A DNA stretch of 64,000 bases from NCBI GenBank assembly GCA_964527185.1, contig CAZGOI010000001.1, positions 6,010 through 70,009 of the forward strand. The letters run 5' to 3'. Position 1 is the stretch's first letter. Each line of letters starts with the position of its first letter. Shown piece by piece: positions 17,708-30,159 of this stretch. The notes under the pieces were generated by a model, which was not told the origin of the DNA, made no database searches, and worked only from the letters and a program-made list of their open reading frames with translations. This DNA comes from an uncultured Candidatus Saccharibacteria bacterium (GTDB lineage: Bacteria; Patescibacteriota; Minisyncoccia; Phycocordibacterales; UBA9973). Position numbers and translations under genes: made by a program.

Positions 17708-18484
17708 TTAAAAAGAAGTTAGGAAAGGATTAATCTCTACCATGATATCTTTAGTAACCGGCGTGCCGGAAAATGCCTGCGGCCAAGTAAAGAGGACGAG
17801 TGATCTGTCGTTGCTTAGAAGGCCGTCTTTGTGTGTTTTTGAAGCATTGATGGCGTTGTGATCGGCATCGTACAAAATAGCAATGACATCAAAAGCTGGC
17901 AGATTATAGATCGATTCGTTTGAAATAGTGGCTGTTAAAGATGGGCTGTTGATATCGCCACCGAGTGTTGTGTCTTCGACTTTGATCGGTAGTGTTTGTA
18001 TGGTCGGGGCTTTCTTGACCCAGACAAGTGGCGAAGTGAATTCAAATGTTACACTTTTGATCTGGCCGGCGTCGGCGTCGAACCGAGGCTCGAATATTGC
18101 AAACTCTTGGTTGGGCGGGATGTATGTTGAACCTTGACGGCGACCGATTAAGATATTGTTCTGGTCGTAAATTTTAAATTGGTATGAGACATTTTCTACT
18201 GCCGCGCCTGAATTGCTATTTTCGATGTAGGCGACAAGATTATAAAAATTTCCAGTCACTGGAAAGGCTCTGTACCAGAGTATGACCGGTTCGGCAACAT
18301 CGGCATTGCAAATCCTCTGGCAGATGCCGCCGCAGTCTACCCCGCGCTCGCCACCATTTTGCTTGCCGTCCGAGCAAGTCGGGGCTTTTGTTAGGCTCGG
18401 CAAAAAAAACAAAAAGGCAATGAACCCAAGGAAGGCCAGAAGACCGAAAATATATTGTGCTTGGCGACGCGATGCCCATGACAT
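17708..18484 (-). CDS. Hypothetical membrane-anchored/secreted protein with Cys-rich segment
   Basis: N-terminal TM helix, then CSDGKQNGGERGVDCGGICQRIC. Confidence 0.5.
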   Translation of the reverse strand: MSWASRRQAQYIFGLLAFLGFIAFLFFLPSLTKAPTCSDGKQNGGERGVDCGGICQRICNADVAEPVILWYRAFPVTGNFYNLVAYIENSNSGAAVENVSYQFKIYDQNNILIGRRQGSTYIPPNQEFAIFEPRFDADAGQIKSVTFEFTSPLVWVKKAPTIQTLPIKVEDTTLGGDINSPSLTATISNESIYNLPAFDVIAILYDADHNAINASKTHKDGLLSNDRSLVLFTWPQAFSGTPVTKDIMVEINPFLTSF

Positions 18485-18540
18485 ATATAGCTATAATAGC
18501 AAAATTCCGCCCCCTTGTGGAGCGGAATTTGTTTAAATAC

Positions 18541-18656
18541 TTTGTTCTGGCGACGGCCTACTTTTGCCTAAAAGACTATCATCGGCGTAGATGGGCTTAA
18601 CTTCCGAGTTCGGAATGTGATCGGGTGTGACCCCATTACCAAATCACCAGAACAAA
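18541..18656 (-). rRNA. rrf: 5S ribosomal RNA
   Basis: Reverse complement TTGTTCTGGTGA…GTCACACCCGATCACATTCCGAACTCGGAAGTTAAGCCCATCTACGCCGATGATAGT…TCGCCAGAACAA. This matches the conserved 5S loop C/helix IV sequence, and the terminal stem pairs. Confidence 0.85.
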
Positions 18657-18782
18657 ATATTCAAATATCAGATACACTCGTCCCGAGTAAACTCGAGGGA
18701 TGATATCTGAAAACTGAATGCTAGAACCCGCCTTCGTTAAAACGAATTCGGGCGAACGCAAAAATATGATTTTCTGATTTCC

Positions 18783-22213
<3,431 letters not shown>

Positions 22214-22448
22214 CCTATTAGGAAATCTGAAAACCATCCCGACTCCGTAAAACGGAGGGGGACGACATTTTGCAAAATAGGAACCGCTTCCAAATTTTTG
22301 CACCATGTCTTAAATCATTGCGTTCTGTCTGCAACCCGATAAAAGACCCTAAAAAAATTTAGGATAACAGTGGGTCGCAACAGCATTCAGTTTTCAAATA
22401 TCATGTCGCCCTTCGAATCTCTCAGGACTAGATGTCTCAATAAAAAAA

Positions 22449-22464
22449 TCCGCCTTCTGGCGGA
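22449..22464 (-). terminator. Rho-independent terminator (second of two in tandem)
   Basis: Hairpin tccgccagaaggcgga followed by TTTTTTT on the minus strand. Confidence 0.55.
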
Positions 22465-22574
22465 CAAAGCAAAACCGTGGATAGGCTTAACTTCTCCGCA
22501 GATTTTTGTGATTAATTAATATTAACATCGTGGGCCTATTGTATACCAAAAGAAAATTAAAGTCAAGCAATAGA

Positions 22575-22600
22575 AAAACCCTTTGGGTAAAGGGTTTTTC
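22575..22600 (-). terminator. Rho-independent terminator after CDS 22619..23305
   Basis: Perfect hairpin aaaccctttgggtaaagggttt flanked by A and T runs. Confidence 0.65.
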
Positions 22601-22618
22601 TAGCTAGCCGCTATTAGA

Positions 22619-23305
22619 CTACATTGACATATTGTTTGTGAACTTATCGACTGCGCGTGAGGCTGCCTCTTTGCCACCAAGGCCAAAGGCAAGACCGCAT
22701 GCAATAGCGAGGGCCGCAACCAATCCTGTAAATAGGATCTGCATAAATGCCGAAGCGATACCAAGTTCAGAAAGCGCAATGATGAATGCAAAGACCCAGA
22801 TAGAATATCGGGTCACCGAGCCAAGCATATGTGCCGAGCGAACGTTGGCAGCTTGTGCGGCTGCTTTCACATATTTCTTCATTGTGTCAGATATAACTGT
22901 CGCAATGATAAGAACGAGCGCAGCGATAATAACCTTTGGCAAGTAAAATATCACTGTGTCGTGCAAGAAACCGCTGACATCAGTGAGACCAAGATAGTCG
23001 AGCGATGCCATGAGGAACACAGCAATGATAAACCACTTGACCACCCAACCGATGAATCCACCGACGCTGAGCTTGAGGCCCGCGCGGTTCATAAGATCGG
23101 CTGCGCCTGCACTCTCAAAAAGCTTGTCGAGCTTTAGAGCACCTAGGAGTTGTGCGATTGCTTTACCAATCACAGATCCGACAACCCATCCGACTATAAA
23201 TAGGATGATTGCGAGTAATAGATTAGGGACGAAGTGAATGAATCCTGCCCAAAGGTCCATCAAGGATGCATTGAAAACATCTCCCCAACTTTGTATAAAC
23301 ATCAT
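22619..23305 (-). CDS. Membrane protein with repeated 'conserved TM helix' units (MscS N-terminal-like), no channel domain seen
   Basis: Repeated GxxIGKAIAQLLGALKLDKL-type amphipathic and TM segments. Confidence 0.5.
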   Translation of the reverse strand: MMFIQSWGDVFNASLMDLWAGFIHFVPNLLLAIILFIVGWVVGSVIGKAIAQLLGALKLDKLFESAGAADLMNRAGLKLSVGGFIGWVVKWFIIAVFLMASLDYLGLTDVSGFLHDTVIFYLPKVIIAALVLIIATVISDTMKKYVKAAAQAANVRSAHMLGSVTRYSIWVFAFIIALSELGIASAFMQILFTGLVAALAIACGLAFGLGGKEAASRAVDKFTNNMSM

Positions 23306-23395
23306 AAGATCGTTTAATAAATAAATAATAAGGGTACTTACAAAGCTTCGACCTTTAAAGTACGCTTATATTATAGCAAAAATAGCCCTTAGGGG

Positions 23396-24013
23396 CTATC
23401 GGCTGGCTATGTATGTGGATAACTGGGGATTGTCTAAAAGCTTAAGGTGGGGCAAGTCTATTATGTCGCAGACGAGCTTGTCGTACATATCGAGGCGGTA
23501 TTTAAATTCCTCGGTGTCGAGTACTACGTAGTCGAGCTCCTTGCCTATTTCGGCTTCTAAGCCTTTTATTGTTTGAGCTAGATTGTTTTTCTTCAATCGG
23601 TCCCCAACCAAAAGAAGGTCGGCCCGGCTATTTTGGTCGCCAATGAAAACCCCTGAAACTATCATGAGTTTAACCTTGCCTACTTGCTTAAATTTATCGG
23701 TTAAATTCTCTTTTATAAGGAGGTTGGGGTCGACAAGCAACTCGCGGACCGCCTCGAGGTATTCAAAGTTTTGATTGAGTTGCCAGGCAGAGACTTTCTT
23801 CTTGCCACCGCGCGAGCCTTCTTTGGTGATGCTTTTTGGTTTGATAAAACCTATAGCCGACAGAGCGTTTATCTCTTTGCGAGTATTAGGCTTTGCCACC
23901 CGGCTGCGGCTAGCAACCTCGGCCACCTCAAATGCGCTCGAACTATTGAGTAAAAATAGCCTCATAATTTTCACTTTTGCATGCCCGCCAAGCAGTTTGG
24001 CCAATATTTCCAT
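23396..24013 (-). CDS. Hypothetical protein (Lys-rich; weak winged-helix-like segment, not called a DNA-binding protein)
   Basis: The start was chosen at MEILAKLL so as not to overlap the rplL terminator; otherwise as in the ORF track. Confidence 0.45.
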   Translation of the reverse strand: MEILAKLLGGHAKVKIMRLFLLNSSSAFEVAEVASRSRVAKPNTRKEINALSAIGFIKPKSITKEGSRGGKKKVSAWQLNQNFEYLEAVRELLVDPNLLIKENLTDKFKQVGKVKLMIVSGVFIGDQNSRADLLLVGDRLKKNNLAQTIKGLEAEIGKELDYVVLDTEEFKYRLDMYDKLVCDIIDLPHLKLLDNPQLSTYIASR

Positions 24014-24024
24014 AGCCCCTAGTA

Positions 24025-24082
24025 TACGCCAAGCAAAAACACCCCGCAAGTCCTGTTTGAGACAGGCGAGGGGGTGTTTTTG
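24025..24082 (-). terminator. Rho-independent terminator after rplL
   Basis: On the minus strand: AAAAACACCCCCTCGCC-TGTCTCAAACAGGA-CTTGCGGGGTGTTTTT, a long GC-rich stem followed by a T-run. Confidence 0.65.
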
Positions 24083-24105
24083 GATAGAGAAGTTTATAAA
24101 TTTTT

Positions 24106-24507
24106 TTATTTAAGGGTGACCTTGCCACCGACTTCTTCGATTTTTTTCTTGATCTCTTCAGCTTCTTCTTTCTTGACACCTTGTTTAAGAACCGAAGGAG
24201 CGTTGTCAACTAGGTCTTTGGCTTCTTTGAGGCCAAGCGTTAGAGCTTCTTTGACTATCTTCATGACCGCAATCTTTTGCTCGCCACCAGATGTCAGTTC
24301 AACTGTGAACGAATCTTTTGCTTCAGCACCAGCATCCCCTGCCCCGCCAGCAGCTGGGCCAGCGACGGCGACGGCCGCAGCCGAGACGCCAAATTTTTCT
24401 TCTAATACTTTAACGAGCTCGTGCAAATCAATCACAGACATTTCTTCAATTTTTGAAACTATATCTTTGAATTTTGCAGGAACTTCGACATTTTTTGTTT
24501 CTTCCAT
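24106..24507 (-). CDS. rplL: 50S ribosomal protein L7/L12
   Basis: N-terminal dimerisation helix, an Ala/Gly-rich hinge ([16 protein letters not shown]), and a C-terminal …EVGGKVTLK. Confidence 0.95.
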   Translation of the reverse strand: MEETKNVEVPAKFKDIVSKIEEMSVIDLHELVKVLEEKFGVSAAAVAVAGPAAGGAGDAGAEAKDSFTVELTSGGEQKIAVMKIVKEALTLGLKEAKDLVDNAPSVLKQGVKKEEAEEIKKKIEEVGGKVTLK

Positions 24508-24531
24508 AATCTATTTGTAAATTACTAATAA

Positions 24532-25020
24532 TTACGCTTTGCTTTCTGCAATTGCATTAACAACAACTGCAAATCTTTGGATCGGTGAATTGATGAGGTT
24601 CACAAACATTCCGCGCAAAGTCTGCAGTGGTGGAATTGTTGCGATCGACATCATTTCACTTGCGCCGATATATTTGCCTTCGAATATTCCGCCGATGATT
24701 TCAATATTTTCTTTGTGAGTCTTGGCGAAATTGTTGACTTCGCGGGCTGGGGCAAGCAAATCTTCCCCATACGCCATCGCGAGTTGGCCGGGCAACTCTG
24801 GCAATTCGCCAGAGAATTTGTAGGTTTCTAGGGCACGCTTCAGAAGTGTTTTCTTTGCAACTTTGTAACCGATATTTTCTTTCTGCAAACCTCGGCGAAA
24901 TGAATTCACGTCGGCCACAGTTAGCTTATCGAATTTTACAAAGACGACAGAGTTGGCACCTTTGAGCGATTTCTCTAGGCTGCCCACAAGCTCTTTTTTC
25001 TTTTCTAATGTATTTGCCAT
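24532..25020 (-). CDS. rplJ: 50S ribosomal protein L10
   Basis: 162 aa matching the L10 family pattern, immediately upstream of rplL. Confidence 0.9.
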   Translation of the reverse strand: MANTLEKKKELVGSLEKSLKGANSVVFVKFDKLTVADVNSFRRGLQKENIGYKVAKKTLLKRALETYKFSGELPELPGQLAMAYGEDLLAPAREVNNFAKTHKENIEIIGGIFEGKYIGASEMMSIATIPPLQTLRGMFVNLINSPIQRFAVVVNAIAESKA

Positions 25021-25198
25021 ATTGTTTTTTAAAATTAAAAAGACCCTTTCGGGCCGTCATATCGTAGAACACTCACGTGTGTGAATCTTCGACCTCGGTA
25101 GGGTCTATTTATGTGTCTCTGGCTTGCGCTCGGGTCCTCTGACTCTGAGAGTCTCGGACTCGAATGAGATCACGACCTACTGTCTACGGCTACCCTGC
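25021..25198 (-). promoter_or_regulatory. Structured 5' leader of rplJL (candidate L10 autoregulatory leader)
   Basis: A roughly 180-nt GC-rich untranslated region between the predicted promoter and the rplJ start, containing several stem-forming segments. Confidence 0.35.
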
Positions 25199-25227
25199 CA
25201 TACTAGCAAACTAGCCTAATTTGTCAA
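25199..25227 (-). promoter_or_regulatory. Sigma70-type promoter for rplJL
   Basis: On the minus strand: TTGACA, a 17-nt spacer, then TAGTAT. Confidence 0.45.
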
Positions 25228-25235
25228 ATAAAAAA

Positions 25236-25254
25236 CCTCCCCGAGGGCGGGAGG
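25236..25254 (-). terminator. Rho-independent terminator after CDS 25473..25817
   Basis: Hairpin cctcccgccctcggggagg followed by TTTTTTATTT on the minus strand; it abuts the -35 box of the rplJL promoter. Confidence 0.55.
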
Positions 25255-25472
25255 CTTCTGATATCTAAGAGAGGCCAAAATTAACTATCTTAGTCGAAAG
25301 TTTACAAAATAAAACGGGGTGTGTCAATACTATTGATTCACACTCCCCGTCGGCTGGGCCTCTTGCGTTTTCGAATCACCTTTTAACGAATCCATAAAAA
25401 CTAGTAGAACTAGCCCTATAACTATAACTATACAAAAATCTACTATAACCTTAAATAAATGTTTGTTCATGA

Positions 25473-25817
25473 TTATAATCCTATGCCATTTTTCATAATA
25501 TATACAGAGTATAGAATGAATACGTTAGTAAGTATTAATATAATTGTAATTGCTTTAAGTACATACTTATAATATCTACTACGAAAAGCTAATTTATTTA
25601 AACAATAGAAATTTATCAATAATAAAATTAACTCTATTGTAAGCAGTATTATATAGAAATCTATTTGGTTAGTGAAATTTATAAGACCTATACTTTTTAT
25701 ATGGTTATTATTTTGTAATAAACTATAAATAAAATTTGTTAGTGGGAAGAATATAAATTCTATAGATAGAAATATTATTATTGATATTCTGTATAGTTTT
25801 TTATATATATTACTCAT
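25473..25817 (-). CDS. Small multi-TM membrane protein, paralog A (ends …KNGIGL)
   Basis: 114 aa with about 4 TM helices in an extremely AT-rich region; paralogous to 25841..26188. Confidence 0.5.
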   Translation of the reverse strand: MSNIYKKLYRISIIIFLSIEFIFFPLTNFIYSLLQNNNHIKSIGLINFTNQIDFYIILLTIELILLLINFYCLNKLAFRSRYYKYVLKAITIILILTNVFILYSVYIMKNGIGL

Positions 25818-25840
25818 TTTTTATTTTAATTTTGAATCAT

Positions 25841-26188
25841 TTAGAATCCTATTCCATGACGGAAAGAAAGGCCTACATAAAAAATAAAGGTTAGTAATAT
25901 TATCAATAGAAATAATAAAATTGAGTAGAGATTCTTTAATTTATTCTTATTGAATTTAATATTCAAAATTAAGAGACCTAATACTCCCAACAATTCAACC
26001 ATTACAGCAATAAAAATAAATATTTGGTTATCTGTAAAAAATTGCTGGTTTACAAATTTAGTCATTAAATAATTTAAATCAATCCCAAATAAAAATAAAA
26101 CAAAAGATATAACTGGGGAAAATAGTAATTCAGGAATTAAAAACATCCCTAAAAATATCCATATCCATATTTTCTGGTATTTATTCAT
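25841..26188 (-). CDS. Small multi-TM membrane protein, paralog B (ends …RHGIGF)
   Basis: 115 aa with the same architecture and C-terminal motif as 25473..25817. Confidence 0.5.
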   Translation of the reverse strand: MNKYQKIWIWIFLGMFLIPELLFSPVISFVLFLFGIDLNYLMTKFVNQQFFTDNQIFIFIAVMVELLGVLGLLILNIKFNKNKLKNLYSILLFLLIILLTFIFYVGLSFRHGIGF

Positions 26189-26221
26189 ACTGTTTAATTA
26201 TAACATTAAACAGAGAACTAT

Positions 26222-29098
26222 CTAGTAACCCCAATTAAAATCTCCTTTGTTTGTGGATACCTTCAATAAAACTAGACCATTTAAAATTTTATTTACTTTG
26301 CCAGTTTGGTCTTTCCCTGAAATTGTGGTTTTTAGCCCATCATAAGTTGCTTCAATATTATAGTCTTTTTTATTTTTTAACCTCTGATGTAAACCTTTTA
26401 GCACCTCTTGTTTATCTAACTTCCAATCAAAAATCATATCGTTTCTAGAAATATCAGTAGATACATTATTGTATAGTAGAGATTTTATTTCAGCTTTTAA
26501 TATGTGTTTGCGGTCTTTATCTTTCAGGATAATTTGAGTTGTGTTACCAGCTTCATCTTTCATGCCGATAATATTATCCTGGTCTGATATGATAATATTT
26601 TGTGATCTAGATATATTGTCTATTCCAGAGAAAAATAAATCTTTTGAGTTTTGATCAAAATATATATTGAATTCTGGACTAGTTTTATCTATTGTAAAAC
26701 TCAGTGTTTGTTCTTGTTCATTATTACCAGCATTATCTACAGCAAAGAATTTAATATTATGTAATCCTTCACTAGAAACTGTTATTTGATTTTGATATTC
26801 CAAATAACCATTATCATCTAGATTGAAAAAAATCTTATATACGCCAGATGGTGTAAGTGGTATATCTGCGTTGTCCACTGAAGATAGATTTATATTCACA
26901 TTGCTACTATAAAAATTTGTAGCGCCTGACAACCCAAAAACTTGTACCGATGTTGTAGGAGCCAAATTATCATATAATGCATCGCCTGTTATTGTACTGT
27001 TGGGGTTGAGGGTTATATCTTTTATGCCGTCGCCATCAGTGTCTATATTGAGTGATGGGGTTGAACCATCTACCAGACTGCCTTTCAGATTTGGGTTTAC
27101 TGGTATATTTGTAAATAGACTCGAAGATATTGTGTTACCACTAGATATAGTTTCATCTTTAAGAGTGAAGGTGCCATTGTCTGTTCCCGAAAGATTAATA
27201 TTATAAGTTTGACCACCATCATTTGGAAAATAAATAAACTTATGATCACCAAATATTTCTACATCTGCATTGGGAATATCATTAAATATACTACCGTCAG
27301 ACGCAATACCAGAGTGGTTTCCATCTTGGTCAACAACATCTATAGATAGTGGACTATATATAGATATTGCTTTGCCATTTAACTGACATTTTGAAATATC
27401 TTGAGTTATTTTATTACCATCTACTAATAAAGAACTACCGGATAGTATGTTAACGATTTCTTGCCTCGAGCCATCTGCCGACATAAGTTTTGAATGTTCA
27501 CCTTTTAATGAGTAAAACCTTTTTGATGTATCGATTGGCAAATTATTAGAACTCTCAAAAGGCACTGTTCCATCACCGAGGGTTTCTTTGGGTTCGTTAA
27601 ACGATATTATTTTTTGCCCAAAAACATCTGTTTGTATTTTTTGGACTACTTTACCCATCGTCCATGTTTTACAACCATCTATAGCATATAGATCAACGCC
27701 AGCTGTACGAAGATCAAAATCATCAAAAACTTGTGTATGGAGATTATGAGAGTTATTCAAGGCTTGTGAATTTAATGAATAATCTTGGGTGAGTAAATTA
27801 TTTGTTTGATCAAAATTTAAATCAGTAGTATTTGATGATAGAAATCCCTGGTTTATTATAGACATAAAACTACCTTGGTTCGCATAATATTTTGCAGAAG
27901 GCATCAATTCATAAACCACTGGCAAATTTTGTGCAATTTTTTTCATTTCCGAATCTGCAAGCCAAGGTATGCTAAAATTATCTCCTTGGAGTAAAACTTT
28001 GATTGCCTTTGGAGCCCCCGTGTTTGGCACGCCCACGAAAACAGCCTTATTTATATGATTGTCTGATGGGTGATCAAAAACATATTTTTTCACTAACAAA
28101 CCCCCTGTACTGTGGGCGATAATATCTACTTTATCACTACCTGTTTGTTGTCTTATAGAATCTATTTTAGATTTAAGTAAATCGACATTTCCTTGGCTGA
28201 CGCCATAGCGCCAATCATATGGAAATGTAAATAGATTACTATTTGAATTTCCTTCTTCAATATAACCTTGATTTTTAAATTCGTTAATAAGTGAATCTGT
28301 ATAATCAAATGAGAAAACTGATATAGTTTTTTTTCTTATAACTTCACCTAATTTTAAACTAGAGTCTGAAGGAGTAAGATCGCTTTTAAATTGTAGTGGA
28401 TCCATAAATTGATCTCCTATATCAGATAAATTATGTAATAAATCTAGCCATAATTTATTTCCAGAATTATCCAAAATATCAGTTCCAGTTACACCTGGAA
28501 CAATAAGTATGGGGTTATGTGTACTTTGTGTGCTTATCTCAAACGCTGGAGTGCCATAGCCTATTGGGCTCCCAGTAAAAAAATCTTCAGTAATAAATGA
28601 AGTTGACGAATCCCCCGCCATCGTAAAGTCTGTGCCTTTTGCTGATGCATCAAAAAATACAAAGAAGGCAACATCATATCCAGGTTGGCCAAACTTGTTT
28701 GTAATATTAGTGCCAGTTAAATAATCAAAAACACAATCACTTCCTGCTGGGTTTCCTGTTGAGAAATTACCCATCGATGCATATGACCCATATTCATATT
28801 GAAAATATGCAAGAAACCCGAGTGATGTACAGTCTATACCAGTTGGCATAGGAATTTTTACTTTGTAGTGAGTATTTGAAGAAAGTGTAGTCCAAGAATA
28901 TTGGCCTAGGTTTTTAGGATCATTAACAGAACCTGTATTAATTAGTAGAAATCCTTTTTCAGAATATGTACCAACGGTTGAAAAATTAGTACTTGTGCCA
29001 GTTCTAGATAATATAGTTGCGGCAAGTGATTGATGATAAGAAAATAACAATAAAATAAAACCAAGTATTACTAAAGTTTTTGTGTAGTGTTTTTTCAT
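26222..29098 (-). CDS. Large secreted alpha/beta-hydrolase (lipase/esterase, Bacillus LipA/PGAP1-like) with C-terminal beta-rich (Ig-like) domains
   Basis: Signal peptide MKKHYTKTLVILGFILLLFS. Oxyanion-region HNPILIVPGVTGT, and a nucleophile elbow KVDIIAHSTGGLL (AHSxGG as in LipA). The C-terminal roughly 350 aa are Ig-like and Asn/Ser-rich. Confidence 0.7.
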   Translation of the reverse strand: MKKHYTKTLVILGFILLLFSYHQSLAATILSRTGTSTNFSTVGTYSEKGFLLINTGSVNDPKNLGQYSWTTLSSNTHYKVKIPMPTGIDCTSLGFLAYFQYEYGSYASMGNFSTGNPAGSDCVFDYLTGTNITNKFGQPGYDVAFFVFFDASAKGTDFTMAGDSSTSFITEDFFTGSPIGYGTPAFEISTQSTHNPILIVPGVTGTDILDNSGNKLWLDLLHNLSDIGDQFMDPLQFKSDLTPSDSSLKLGEVIRKKTISVFSFDYTDSLINEFKNQGYIEEGNSNSNLFTFPYDWRYGVSQGNVDLLKSKIDSIRQQTGSDKVDIIAHSTGGLLVKKYVFDHPSDNHINKAVFVGVPNTGAPKAIKVLLQGDNFSIPWLADSEMKKIAQNLPVVYELMPSAKYYANQGSFMSIINQGFLSSNTTDLNFDQTNNLLTQDYSLNSQALNNSHNLHTQVFDDFDLRTAGVDLYAIDGCKTWTMGKVVQKIQTDVFGQKIISFNEPKETLGDGTVPFESSNNLPIDTSKRFYSLKGEHSKLMSADGSRQEIVNILSGSSLLVDGNKITQDISKCQLNGKAISIYSPLSIDVVDQDGNHSGIASDGSIFNDIPNADVEIFGDHKFIYFPNDGGQTYNINLSGTDNGTFTLKDETISSGNTISSSLFTNIPVNPNLKGSLVDGSTPSLNIDTDGDGIKDITLNPNSTITGDALYDNLAPTTSVQVFGLSGATNFYSSNVNINLSSVDNADIPLTPSGVYKIFFNLDDNGYLEYQNQITVSSEGLHNIKFFAVDNAGNNEQEQTLSFTIDKTSPEFNIYFDQNSKDLFFSGIDNISRSQNIIISDQDNIIGMKDEAGNTTQIILKDKDRKHILKAEIKSLLYNNVSTDISRNDMIFDWKLDKQEVLKGLHQRLKNKKDYNIEATYDGLKTTISGKDQTGKVNKILNGLVLLKVSTNKGDFNWGY

Positions 29099-29565
29099 TC
29101 CACTGTCAGAGTATTTACGTTTTGAGCGAATGTGCAATCGATAGTGAAGGTTGTAGGAATTTTTGGAACGCTAACTGTTACGATTTTAAAATCATAGGGA
29201 GCGATGGGATATTTATTGCCGCCTATTGCAATGACTTCTGAATCGGGCGAGCGATTGTCGAGCATGACGGTCGAGCCATTTGCAATAGATAGAGATCGTG
29301 GGTGCGACTGGCAATTATTGTCGAACTGGAGCAGGTTGCCGCTATTTATATATTTGTATACTGCTTCAGTATATGAGGGATTGCTAGAAACTGGAATTCC
29401 AAGGTGGTGGAATGCAGTCTTTGGCTGCTCCATATTTGATGTCGAACTTTGGCCTATATCTAGAGGCTGTTCTACCTTTTTATGCTTCAGAGCAAAGATA
29501 AAAGCCACGACCAAAACAAGGGCAAGGATAGCTGCGCCAATAAGAGTTTTGTTATCGTATTTCAT
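29095..29565 (-). CDS. Membrane-anchored small beta-rich protein, paralog 1
   Basis: N-terminal TM helix. The C-terminal …MLDNRSPDSEVIAIGGNKYPIAPYDFKIVTV… is paralogous to 29659..30114. Confidence 0.5.
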   Translation of the reverse strand: MKYDNKTLIGAAILALVLVVAFIFALKHKKVEQPLDIGQSSTSNMEQPKTAFHHLGIPVSSNPSYTEAVYKYINSGNLLQFDNNCQSHPRSLSIANGSTVMLDNRSPDSEVIAIGGNKYPIAPYDFKIVTVSVPKIPTTFTIDCTFAQNVNTLTVE

Positions 29566-29658
29566 AATGCCGACATATTAGCACTTTTTAGACCTTTGGC
29601 AAGCACAATAAAATCGGCCAGCTGGCCGATTTTATTGTGTAAAATTATGCCACCAATA

Positions 29659-30114
29659 TTATTGAACAGTGATGGTCGCTACGTTTTGTTGCTTGTCGCA
29701 ATCTATCAAGATAGTTTTTGGAGTCGAAGAAACATAGACGTTCACAATTTTGAAATCATATGGCTTGACTGTGTATATCGAACCGACTTTTATGTTACGC
29801 GTATGTGATGAGCGATTGTCGAGCATGATATTTGTATTATTTGTAAAGGTCATGGCCCGTGGACTGACACCACAAGTATTATTGAATTGGAAAATTTTCC
29901 CTTTATAAATTTTTTGCGCGTCGACGTATTTTATAATCTGGGTCGACGGTGTTGTCGAAGAATCAGAAGTAGGGTTTCCTGAAGTAGAGAGAGATTGTGT
30001 GTTTGTTTCGTTTGATGGAGCATTAGCGCTCTGTGAACGTAAGAAATAGTAACCCAAAACAAGAACTATTATAACTGCAACTATGATCCAAAGATTTTTA
30101 TTTTTATTAGGCAT
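29659..30114 (-). CDS. Membrane-anchored small beta-rich protein, paralog 2
   Basis: …IMLDNRSSHTRNIKVGSIYTVKPYDFKIVNV…, with the same architecture as 29095..29565. Confidence 0.5.
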   Translation of the reverse strand: MPNKNKNLWIIVAVIIVLVLGYYFLRSQSANAPSNETNTQSLSTSGNPTSDSSTTPSTQIIKYVDAQKIYKGKIFQFNNTCGVSPRAMTFTNNTNIMLDNRSSHTRNIKVGSIYTVKPYDFKIVNVYVSSTPKTILIDCDKQQNVATITVQ

Positions 30115-30159
30115 GATATTTATTAGTTATTTTTAATACTTATATTATAGCACCAGTCT

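Noticed and set aside
22214-22440. An rRNA promoter upstream of the 23S.
   Set aside because: Several weak TTGxxx/TAxxxT combinations were seen, but none has convincing spacing, so no promoter is called.
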